Part shown: positions 51,600-64,000 of the stretch, piece after piece
Layout of the letters: every line of letters begins with the position of its first letter
Position numbering within the stretch: position 1 is the stretch's first letter
The notes under the pieces: model-generated
The model's input: only the letters and a program-made list of their open reading frames with translations
Databases searched by the model: none
What the model was told of the DNA's origin: nothing
Translations under genes and position numbers: made by a program
DNA from: Macrostomum lignano
Taxonomy: Eukaryota
NCBI GenBank assembly: GCA_002269645.1
Contig: NIVC01000434.1
Span: forward strand, 496,001-560,000
Direction of reading: 5' to 3'
Length of the DNA stretch: 64,000 bases

Positions 51600-54500
51600 A
51601 GCATTTAAGATCTGAGTCTGATACCAATGTGAATCCTGATAATGAGACTACATGCTGTATCATTCCTTTGAATACTAGAAAAGTAAATCTTGGAAATGTA
51701 GTTCAATACTTAGAAGAAAAAGGCTTCAAAGTTGTTGGCTTGAAACTATTCCCATCCTTACCTTCTTATGTTTTTACACTAGCTAAAATCAAAGAAGTAA
51801 GTTTCATTTGTTTGTGATATTTTGTTTTTTTGGTTAAAATGTGTCAATTGCTAGGCCTAGTCTATTCAATAAGTAGCTTCTAGTAAAAGATTAATTAATA
51901 GTAGGTTTAACTATGCATTAGGCCTTTTTTAATAATTAAAATGAAAGTTTTATATTAGTCTAACTTAATCAATTATGTTATAGATAGCCTATAATGTTCT
52001 AGCCTACAAAGCTGCAAAAAACAATCAGTGTCAAACTTCTAGTTCTGTATTTTTCACATAGCTGCTTATGATATGAATTTTAAAACAACTAAACATATTG
52101 CAGAGTATAAACTATGCTTAATGGTTATTTTTCACTAAAATGAGTGTTAGAAAACTTTTCTAGACTCTAGCAGTCAGATGCATCAGGCTTTTCCTATAAA
52201 ACTTTAAGAGTAAATAGTTATAGGCCTAAATATAAATATTATATATTAATTTATACATTTTCATTATGCCTATAAAACTTAAAATATTTCTAAAGCTATA
52301 TGCAATAAAAGTTGAAAAAGCTATATCAAAATGATTATTACTCTTGTAGAATCAGTGTTGGGCACCATTAATGAAAATCTTAACTTTCATTAATGGCAAA
52401 GCATTAGCATTAAAATGAAAAAATCCTAACTTTTTAACTCTTAATTTAATTAAGCTACCTGAAAATTAAGCAATAATTATTAATAACCATTAATCCGTTA
52501 AAGTTAACAGAGAAAAATAGAAATTTTCACTTTTTCCAAAGACTTTATAATGCAATTGCTTTAGCTTTTCCATCTTTTTTGCAAAGCAAATAGGTCATCC
52601 AAGCAATTTACAAGCTAAAAAAATAACAAAAATAATAATAATATTAAAAACTTGTATGTACAATACTACTAAAAGTAAGCACATAGTAAAAGAAGTAACT
52701 TATTTAATTGAAACTTAAAAGCTAATTATTTAATTATAAAATACGAATAACAAGGTTGCTTTAGTAACATTAGCTGGCGCAGCAAAAAGTTACAAAAGAT
52801 TGGAAAAGAACTAAATCAAAGCAATCGATGCCCATAGATAAGCAATAAAATTCACAATTTTAATTCATTATTAAAGTTCATTAGTAAGAAGTTGTTACAT
52901 CTACATGATCATTGTCATAAACAAAGAGATTAATTAGGCATTTAGGTACATTAGGTACATTTGAATAAATTCAAAATCTTGTAACTTCTTGTCAGACTTG
53001 TATTTTTGTTCTTTTTTGCGTTGTTGGTCATTGACACTGTCATCAATGTTAATGATAAATTTGTCATTAACTCACAAAATTATTAATGCAAATTTGTTCA
53101 TCTGTTGGTACAAAAAATCTTAATAGTAGTCCATTAATGTTAATGAAAAATCTTAACACTTTTTTATTAATGCTTATTAATGGATTAATGCTTATTAATA
53201 GACTGGTGCCCAACACTGTGAAGAATTACCTTTACAAAGAAAAAAATTAATATTTTCCTTGTAAAATTCTAGTGGCAATAGACAGTGTTGGGCACCGTTA
53301 ATGAAAATCTTAACTTCCATTAGTAGCAAAAGCGTTAGCGTTAAAACAAAAAAAATCTTAACTTTTTAACTCCTAATTTTGTTAAGTTAACTGAAAGTTA
53401 ACTGATAATCGTTAATAAGCATTAATCCGTCAAAGTTAACATAGAAAATACAGAAATCTTGCACGTTTTTTCCAAAACAGACTTCGTATTGTAGATCTTT
53501 GCTATTCCATCTTTTTAGCAAAACACAGAGGTCATCTAAGCAATTTGAAAGCTAAAAAAGTAATAAATAATAATTTTAAAAACTTGCATGCATAATACTA
53601 ACTAAAAGTAAAGCATATGGTAAAAAAGTAACTTATTTTATTTGAAACTTAAAAGCTAATAGCAAGGAATTCATAATTAAATATGCATATGAAGGTTGTT
53701 TCAGTACCATTAGCAGGCGTAGCAGAAAGTTGCGAAAGATTGGGACAGAAATGAATCAAAGCGATCGATGCTCACACGCAAGAAATAAAGTTTCACACTA
53801 TTTTAATTCATTATTTTAAAGTTTATTTGTAAGAAGTTGTTAATTATATGTATGTCTGTATGATCATCGTCATAAATAAAGAGATAATATTTAGGCATAT
53901 AGGTAAGCTCAAATATGTTCGTAATGTTTAAACTTCTTGTAAGACTTCTATTTTTCATTCCTTCTTTGTGTCTTTGGTCATTGACATAGACACTACTGTT
54001 AACAATGAATTTATCATTAATTCACAATTTTTTTATTGCAAATTTGTTAATCTATTAGTTCAAAAAAATCTTAACAACAGTCCATTAATGTTAATGAAAA
54101 ATCTTAACGCTTATTAACGCTTATTAACGGATTAACACTTATTAACGGACTGGTGCCCAACACTAGCAATAGATTGGGGAAAATAAAATTTTCTTTTTCC
54201 TATTGAATTTTTAAAATTATAGTTTGGCTAGCTATTTCTATATCAATTCTTTTTGGGTCTTACCTCAGTCAAGCATTTGTTCAATGTTTTTATCCAACTT
54301 TAATGTTACATTAATGTTTATTGATTGTTTATATTTAAGTTATAGAAACTTATATATAAAATAATGAATAGTAGCAGTTTTGGAACTTTTCTTTAATATA
54401 GTTGGGCTTATATATTCATATATATGCAACAGTGGTGTGACAAAGGGAATTGAAAAAAATAATGCAGGAGAAAAAATGCAATAAAAAATTCTTGCTCAGG

Positions 54501-57500
54501 AGAGCACAAGATAGTTTTGTAAAAAAAGTGGCATTAAAAAGTACTAGAAGTTAAATTAAAGGTTAAAGTGAGTTTAAAGACATCATAAAATATAACTTGT
54601 TAGCAAATACATGCAAATGAATGAGGGAATAGTCATAGACTTAGTCAATAGTCGCTCATCAAATAGCAGAAGCTAATGCATCAAGCTCATACTTCATTGT
54701 TTGGCCTCCAATTTGCGCTTTTTCTTGGCCAGTTTGTTCTCTGCCTTATCCAGATTCTTCCTCTCCACCTGCAGGGCTAGCATCTTCCTCTGGTATTTGC
54801 TTAGCAAGGCATTTGCCTTTTCCGATTCCAATTCAAGCAGCCACTTCTTTTCCCAAATCTCTATCACCGCATCAACATCTTTTGTATTGCTTGTACTAGC
54901 TGCCTCTTAAGCAAGTTGCTCCTTGTGCAGCTCCTTTTTCTGCATGCACCTTTGCCAAGCAGCTTGATTTTGTCGGGCATTGAATCCTTCGGCAATGTAA
55001 TGGTCACCAAAAACAAAGGACTCACATGTGAGAGCAGTGGACTTCAGAAACCCATTGAGAAGCAGCCAAGCGTCCACAGTCAATGTATCTAATGAATTGT
55101 GCTTTCGCATTAGCAGATCTGCCAGGCTGGAAAATGGAATGCACGTTCAGCTTCAGAATTTCCATGTGGTATGCTTAGAGCAGCAGAGGCAAGTCGCCAC
55201 ACTGTTGGAAATCTAAACTCCTCTGTTGACACCTTTAAACTCCCTACAATGAGCCAAAAGTCTAGCACAGTGGAATTGTCATCAAGAATGCTGATCTCAT
55301 TGGTTGCAATGGCCAGTACCAGCTGCCTCCATTCTCTATCAATTGCTGTGATGCTGTTTTCAGGAAATCTCAATGCTTTGGCCATCTTTGTTGCAAATTT
55401 GGATGACAGGTTCTCAACTCTGCTTGGGTCCAAAAACTGTGCCTGGCATAGTGTTGCATTGCATCTGCTAGCGGTAAGTGGGATTGCAGGTAAGTTGCAA
55501 GTGCCATGTAAAATTGCTTTGCTTGAACAAAGCACTGTTTCTGGAGTCTCTCTGGGCATTGCTGAAGCAAGGACTTGGTCTTCTCACCAACAAACATTTC
55601 GTAGTCAGAGGCACAGTGCTCAAAATCAATTTGCATGGTTGTCAAGTGAGATGCATTGGCACTCACATAGTCAAGCTGAACAAAGCAGCTCAGAAGTTCC
55701 CTAAAGAGCTGACGCACATTGGCATACATTAAGTGAATTAGGACCGTTCTCTGTTGAAAATGCGTCTCAAACTTGTCAAGAATTGGCAAGACAGACTGAA
55801 GAAACAGAAGGTCAAACTCTACTTCCTTGTTCTGCAGCAGTTCACAAATCTACTGAACCTGCTTCTTCTCAAGGCTGCCAGTAGGCTCTGAGTTGTTGCA
55901 CTTTAGAAAAAACTCTCGCAACCCAGGTAATTGCTCCACTAGTCTGTTAACTACAGGCAGCAGCTGGACCCAGCAAGTCTCTACACCATGGAGAAAGCAG
56001 TGACACTGGAGGTCCAGCAAGTCCTGTACATGCTCGTAGTGAGACTACCGGGATGTGTACATAAAGTACGAGTAGACTAAGTCAGCCAGACTCTCGCACT
56101 CACTCCCCAGCTTGTCACAAGCGCGTTGGACGCCATTGGACACATGATGTAGAATGCATGTCGTAAGCTCCTGTAGCTGAGGCGCATACTTCCTGATAAG
56201 GACATGAAAGCCCTTGTTGCGCCCAACCATGACTGATGGTCTATCTGACATGATCAAGACGCAATTGAGCAGAGAGATTCCAAGCTCGGCACATGCATCA
56301 ACCACGGCTGTCTCAAGCATTGCAGCTCTTCTATCCCAAACTTAAACAGTCTTGATTGGCACAGCCAGAAGTTGACGATGCTTGATGGAAATGAAGGTGA
56401 TGACAATCACAAGAAACTTCCTGGCACTCATGACTTCATTTGATTCATCAATAGACAAACTAAAGAAGCCACTGCCAGCATTTAGGTCTTGAACAATCTC
56501 CTCTCATAGCACAGGTGCGATTGCATTGGTCACTAAGTAGTATGTCTTGTTGCGCTTACAGCTAAACTTGGCAGCAATTTGACTGTCTGGGAACATTGAC
56601 TTGTACACATTGTGGTCAGACTTGGAAAATGACTGGTGGTGTTCTACCACAGACAGTGCATGGTGCAGCTCCGCCTCCATCACTTGCAAATCCAACTTGT
56701 CAGACTTGCATGTGTCACTACTAGCTCGAGCTGCTGGCTTGAAAAATGAGTCAATTGGCTTTGCTGCTGCTTGTTTGATTCTATGCCCAAATCCCACTCT
56801 GAGCTTGTACTTCTCATTGTGCTTCTTAGACTTTGCATGGTTTTCGATGGCACCAAACCTAGCTGAGCCAATGTGCAGAGTTGTAGAGCACAGCGTGCAG
56901 ATCGCGCCATGACAGTCCTTGGTATTTGGTTGCAGCCAAATCTTGCACTTCTGATCATTGACCACGCGACTGTGCCAGGCTTCAATAAACTTTGTAGCTT
57001 GCTGCTTTGAGAGAGACATGCTGCAAATGTAAAAGTGAAGTGAGAAAATACCTACAGAATACATACCTACCTAGTTTTGCCTCCAAAAAAGGAGATAAAA
57101 TAACAGTTAACAAAATCATTCTGGTATAACTCTTTTTCAAAACCAATGCAATGATGCATTTAGACAACATATGCATTAGTCAATGTAATGACAGTTAAAA
57201 TAAAAAAGCCTGATAAGGCTTTCAAACACAAAATGGGATCGCTAAACTGGAGTAACAAAAAATGTAGAAATGCACAAATTCATTAAAATAATGCAACTGC
57301 GTTAAAAATGCAGCCTGTCACACCACTGATGCGCAACCTTGGGAATCACTTGGCCATTTCTATTGGCAACACACACATGTAAGTCACTATTGGCTGAGAG
57401 TAGTCACTGACTACTATTCTATCCTATAGCGACTTACATGTATGTTGCCAATAGAAATGGCCGAGTGAATCCCTAGGTTGCACCCAAGCATGTATATATT

Positions 57501-58086
57501 GATAGACATGTTATAATATTGCATATTAATTAATATACTTCAGATTATTCTTCTTAAGTTCATGAAGCTCAATGGACTGTTTAATGCACTATTTTAGAGC
57601 AGCCTACCAAAGTTTCAAGGGCCCGTGGCAGTTGTTGCCATTCAGGGCAAGGATTCTATTGCTATGCTATACAACTATGTAAAGCATTCTGGATATTTGT
57701 GCACCAGTTTAAATATTGGGTAAGGTATTCTATTCATTGCAAGAATTCATTTAATTTATTGCACCTTTCCTTTTATTCATATACTGATAAAGTAAGAGTG
57801 CTAGTTTAATCCTAAGAATCCTATTGACATTAGATGTTGCAGGTTCCTATAGAATGATTTTTCATATGAAGTTGCAAAAATTGATTAGTTCAAATTCACA
57901 AAATCTACCAATTATCAAACCACACCAACCATTTTCAACAGCAATTCAACAGCTTCGCCCATGTTTTGCCCAGCCACAGTGGCGGAGGCTCGCCTTGCTA
58001 TTGACCAGCTGTTCCCTGTTGCTGGTGTTGACCTGCACAATTGGCAACGCTCTGTTGATTGGTACATTGTGCGTGAGAACTGCTAG
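51600..58086 (+). CDS. C-terminal degenerate nucleoside-diphosphate-kinase-like domain (NME7/DNAAF8-like); exons 51600-51796, 57598-57719, 57942-58086; 5' part unresolved
   Basis: The spliced product TTCCIIP...LGNVVQYLEEKGFKVVGLKLF...GPVAVVAIQGKDSIAML...MFCPATVAEARLAIDQLFP follows the NDK fold motifs. Splice phases 0 and 2 are consistent. The catalytic HGSDS is not conserved. Confidence 0.6.
52353..53218. mobile_element. Non-autonomous hAT element, copy 1 (866 bp)
   Basis: TIR CAGTGTTGGGCACC/GGTGCCCAACACTG; 8-bp TSD TGTAGAAT/TGAAGAAT. Confidence 0.88.
53283..54165. mobile_element. Non-autonomous hAT element, copy 2 (883 bp)
   Basis: Same TIRs and homologous body; perfect 8-bp TSD GCAATAGA. 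Confidence 0.9.
54430..57328 (-). mobile_element. Full-length but decayed hAT DNA transposon (about 2.9 kb)
   Basis: TIR CAGTGGTGTGACA/TGTCACACCACTG; imperfect 8-bp TSD ATATGCAA/ATGCGCAA; encloses transposase remnants. Confidence 0.88.
54694..57019 (-). pseudogene. hAT transposase pseudogene (BED-like zinc finger, DDE core, C-terminal dimerisation motif) with stops and frameshifts
   Basis: CTLC...H...KKH; SMFPDSQIAAKFSCKRNKT; IDES; MSDRPSVMVGRNKG; CILHH; LSIPHGNSEAERAF, spread over several broken ORFs. Confidence 0.87.
57333..57492. mobile_element. Palindromic MITE-like repeat, copy 3, abutting the hAT right end
   Basis: Hairpin homologous to 38411 and 40419, in the opposite orientation. 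Confidence 0.78.
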
Positions 58087-58845
58087 GTCTAGAAGCATGG
58101 GCTGGACACGTGCGTTTTCTTTTTTCAGACTAGACTCGATAAATGCAGTTGAAAATAGCTTTTAACCCTTGTATTGTAATCTTCTTGCACACAGCTTTTT
58201 ACAGCTTTACCTGCAACTAGTAACTCTGCTACACTTACTTATTTTGCTTGCTCGTATTTATAATACATTTTTCTGCTTAGGGGCTAGTACTCGTACCTAG
58301 TCCTGATTAGGTTTTGTAGTTAGAAAGTTTTGCACGCACGCTCCATCGTGCAGGAGTGCAATATGATACAAAAATGTTCACATTTTTAGCTTAAACAGTT
58401 ATTAAATTTTTGCACAAATTTCTACCGTAAAAATATATAGTCTCATCTCGAGTAAATTCATTTGTTTCATTTCTACCAGTGACATTGACTAGTCACTATA
58501 GCTAGCAAGCATCAACTTCAGTTTGTCAGCTGCTTACTAAATATAATTTATAATTTTTTTTGCTTAATCTCATACTGACTGGTACATGTAAAGCAGCGAA
58601 TCTTTACCAGCTATCAGTGATTTGAGAAGTTTTTTATGAAAATGGTCTCAGAATAGAAGATAGAAGAATAAATATTTAATATAGAAATTTGTTTTTGAAC
58701 TCTGAAGGATGAATCGAAACAATTCTGCATCGAAACTTTCTGAGGTTAAGTAAAGGACCAACAAAAACTGATGCCTTGAATGCTTTGAAATTCTCTTACA
58801 TGGAAATGAACCACATGGAACCATGGGACAACGCCGTCACATATG

Positions 58846-59109
58846 CTCAGCAACATTGAAAAGTCGCCACTCTATGCGCCAGTGATCGATTTCTCGGACT
58901 ATTATCAAATACAATATACGAGAAAACTGATCGGGGTAGCTTTAATTCATCCAACCCTCTCACACCGCTCCCCCCCACTTCATTCCTGAGCTCATCTGCC
59001 GCGGCGTAGCTAAGTTGCGTCACTCGCAAAGATTGAAACTACTTGCACCCTTAAAAGTGGCGACTACAGACGGAATCTTCTGTGATGGCTATATTTTGAT
59101 GTTGTTGAG
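58846..59109 (-). mobile_element. Second copy of the CTCAGCAACA MITE family
   Basis: Reverse-complement homology to 47548-47820 with the same TIRs. Confidence 0.83.
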
Positions 59110-60949
59110 TACATATTAGCAATTGCAGAATTCGTCCACTAATGTTCTGAATTTAAGGGAACCAAATTTTGATCAGGCCTTAACAGCTGCGTTCACATAA
59201 AACGTCGAAAAACCATTTAGTCCCAGCCCCTGAGAGCACTATAGTTGACATTATTATCGCGCTCTTTTCCATCGAATAAAGTCGCTCCAATCTTGAATCA
59301 AAAAGGCTGGAACGAAATGTTTTGCAAGCGATAGATAAAACGCACGTTAACGCAGCTCTAAAATAATCCAACTTTAGCTCCCATTAAGAAAGCCATTAGT
59401 TGACGAGACTGCAGTTTGTACGAATTCAATTGCAAAAAGGTATACCAGTACATGTATTAACAATATACATGTACATGTAATTGTCAACTTTACTTGAAAT
59501 CGTTATCAGGACAGCTCGGTAGATCGAAGTAACCAAAATTTTGTACAGTTCAACAATTGCCTCAATTTGAAATAACTTCATCTTTAATAATAGCTATGAA
59601 AAAGTGACTCAATAAGCATACGCATACATGTACGCTATACTCATCGCCAAGGAATGAGATTGAACCACGCGATAATAAATATATGTATTTGTTTAAAAAT
59701 AAGAAATCAATCCAAACACGAATGAATTAAGAGCGAATACATCCATCCAATTTCTGCTGGAAATCCTGTGACCGAGTTCAGCTCGGTGAGAACTTAGCAA
59801 AATACAAATACAACAAACAGTTTGCGGAAGTGTGGAGCAAATAAAAATATTACGGTTGTACTGCGCCATTGTGGGAAGTCGAGTTGTAGATTTGGAGTCT
59901 GCTGATTAACAAAAACACAAGCGTGTAATGATAAAATTAAAAATTGGCATTAGGATAACATGTTACAGTCTGGCAGACAAAATCCACGAGCATATTTGAT
60001 GCCACTACGAGGTCAGTGGCTCTGGTTTGTCTAGTTAAAATTAAGTGATTGCCGTTACAAATCAACCGATTTCAACAGTGCCGACACAAACGTTAAAAAT
60101 ATCTATTACAAAACATTGGCGAACAAGTTCTGAGAATTGAAAAAAAACAAATCAACATTATATGCAGTTTAATTTTATAAAGCCAGACAAAGCAGTAAAT
60201 ATAACATTTGTTAGTGGGTGTCAGTCAGTTACAAAAGATGAGCATAAATTGAGTGGGAAAATAGCAGAGTTAAATGAGATCTGGAGTCTTCTAGTTAAAC
60301 CAACTACTCTTTCACATGGCACTGTTACCTCAGCATCAGCTGCAAAGGCATCTAACAATAAACAAGTATGTGGCACAGTGAAAACGTTATTTATCTAAAT
60401 AGAGTTTAAGAAACCAAAGGCCAATTCAATGAGAAACGGCTTGGAAAACATCAACTCCAAACAAGGCCACTAAGTGCAAGAGAAAAGTACACAGTTATAA
60501 CAATACGATTCCAGCGACAATGCAGAAACTAAAGCTAGATGGAACACAATACGGCAAGCGAGATGAACAGTAGCATATAGTGCAGCACAGAGAGATGCGA
60601 GCTGTGTGTGCAACACGAAGTTGATAGGATCTCAAATTTAAATACTTCGGGGAGTGGACATTTGTTCATAATGTGTACGGCTATAAAATGGAAAATATTT
60701 GGTAACCAGGTGTTAGATAATTGGTATGAGCAAGTCAGTAAAATAGATACAGAATAATTATTCATATAATATTTGAACCAGCCAGTATGAGTGTAAATAT
60801 TTAATGCATATATGTTGAAAATAAGTGGCAATATATATATATATCCATCCATATATATATATATATCATATATAGCTAAGTGATAAGCAAGCTCTAGCGC
60901 ATACTTGCAACCTGCTCAAAACGCATGGAAACTGCAATACGCACAATCC

Positions 60950-62567
<1,618 letters not shown>

Positions 62568-63664
62568 CTGACTATTATTACATATTGAAGTTGACAAAAC
62601 TAAGCATAATAAATCATCTGAAACACAAGAGTAGTGCAGAGCAGTTTGTCTGCCCACAAAACAGATAATTTAGCTACTTTCTTAAAAACGCAAATCTGGA
62701 CAGCTAGATGATTGCTGATTAAAAAATGCGCACGATCGCCTAGAATTGCACTAATAATCTCACATTTCTACTGAAAAGTAAAACTGTAAGGATCGTGCTG
62801 CTATAAAATAAATGAAAATGTAAAGAAATTAAGCCAGCAGACGACAGTAGGCTAAGCCGATGGCTAAAAAATCGATAACACAGAGCGCAAACGAAAACAG
62901 CGGCAAATGGTTTCTCAGCTGTCTACACAGATACTAAAATAACTAGATGAGCCACAAATTTGTGTGCAGGCTACTTTCAATTCAGTAGTAAGTTAAACTG
63001 AAGGATTTATTACGTATTTTTAAGCACAAGTCTTGTTTAATTGGCTCAAACCCCCCAGCCTAAACCCTCAAACCCCCCATAGAACGTCTACCCCTACCCC
63101 GCCAACCCAATTGTTTTTATCTTCCTCGGTTGTTCCAGCCTAAATCTGCTATGTACATTTCGGTGGCTAATGTACACTATGGCTGAACCAATTAGCAAGC
63201 TGTTTACGTCTGCAAGCTTGGCTTCTAAACTTATCAAAGTCATCTATAGCTTATAATAAAAGCTATAATATACTCGTAGCTTATGAATTCATCAGTGCTA
63301 CTGAACTAAAAGTAGAAAGCTGTTTTGCTAGGTATATATGCCTGAGTGGCCTATCTATTCTTAGTATCTGTGGCTGGCAATAACCACAACAACGCTGCTC
63401 CTTTCAAAGTAGCAGGCGGAGTCTCAAAATTAGAATATGGACATGGAAATACTGTGACGGGATAAAACACTTCTGAACAAAAACAAACGGTTGATTGAAT
63501 TTCAAACATTTGAGAGAAAATTTCATTCCGAAAGCACATTCTATACCTTCTGTTTGGTCCTTGAGACCGTATTGGCAGTGCTATTGATTGTCGGTACCTG
63601 CAATTTATTGTGAATAATTCAGTTTCGGCCCTTTTCTCCAGACACAGACAGTTTTTGCGCACTT

Positions 63665-64000
63665 TCTACACACGCAGAGTTTCTTCCCTTTTTCTCCAGA
63701 CGCAGACACGGTTTCTGCCCCTTTTCTCGCAGACAGTTTCTGCCCTCTTTCTCGCAGACAGTTTCTGCCCCTTTTCTCTAGACGCAGACAGTTTCTGCCC
63801 CTTTTCTCGCAGACAGTTTCTGCCCCTTTTCTCTAGACGCAGACACGGTTTCTGCCCCTTTTCTCTAGACGCAGACAGTTTCTGCCCCTTTTCTCTAGAC
63901 GCAGACAGTTTCTGCCCCTTTTCTCGCAGACAGTTTCTGCCCTTTTTCTCCAGACGCAGACACGGTTTCTGCCCCTTTTCTCTAGACGCAGACAGTTTCT
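63665..64000. repeat. Pyrimidine-rich minisatellite of 23-33 bp running off the window end
   Basis: CAGACAGTTTCTGCCCCTTTTCTC(TAGA)CG repeated. Confidence 0.92.

Overview
Eukaryotic, intron-containing animal genomic DNA. GC-rich coding exons, dense minisatellites and acceptor-led ATGs are compatible with a free-living flatworm such as Macrostomum; that is an inference, not proven. Genes were rebuilt by hand from GT-AG junctions and reading phase. They are RPS3A (+, 5' exon outside the window), a two-exon FMRFamide-receptor-like GPCR (-), and a head-to-tail minus-strand cluster WDR70 > CLCN7 > EVI5-like coiled coil without TBC domain > PHB1 that may be an SL trans-spliced operon. Further along are an RFX5/RFX7-like gene with no DNA-binding domain (+), three exons of a degenerate NDK-like domain (+), and the 3' exons of PACSIN/syndapin (-). 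Non-coding DNA holds at least 14 tandem arrays, several carrying splice-signal motifs on the transcribed strand. Mobile elements include a mariner deletion derivative, a 5'-truncated RTE-like LINE, a decayed hAT transposon, twin non-autonomous hAT elements and several MITE families. An AT-rich, CpG-poor domain at about 36.2-45.2 kb is enriched in TAGGCCTA. No rRNA, tRNA or CRISPR array was recognised. All homology calls come from motif recall, not database searches.
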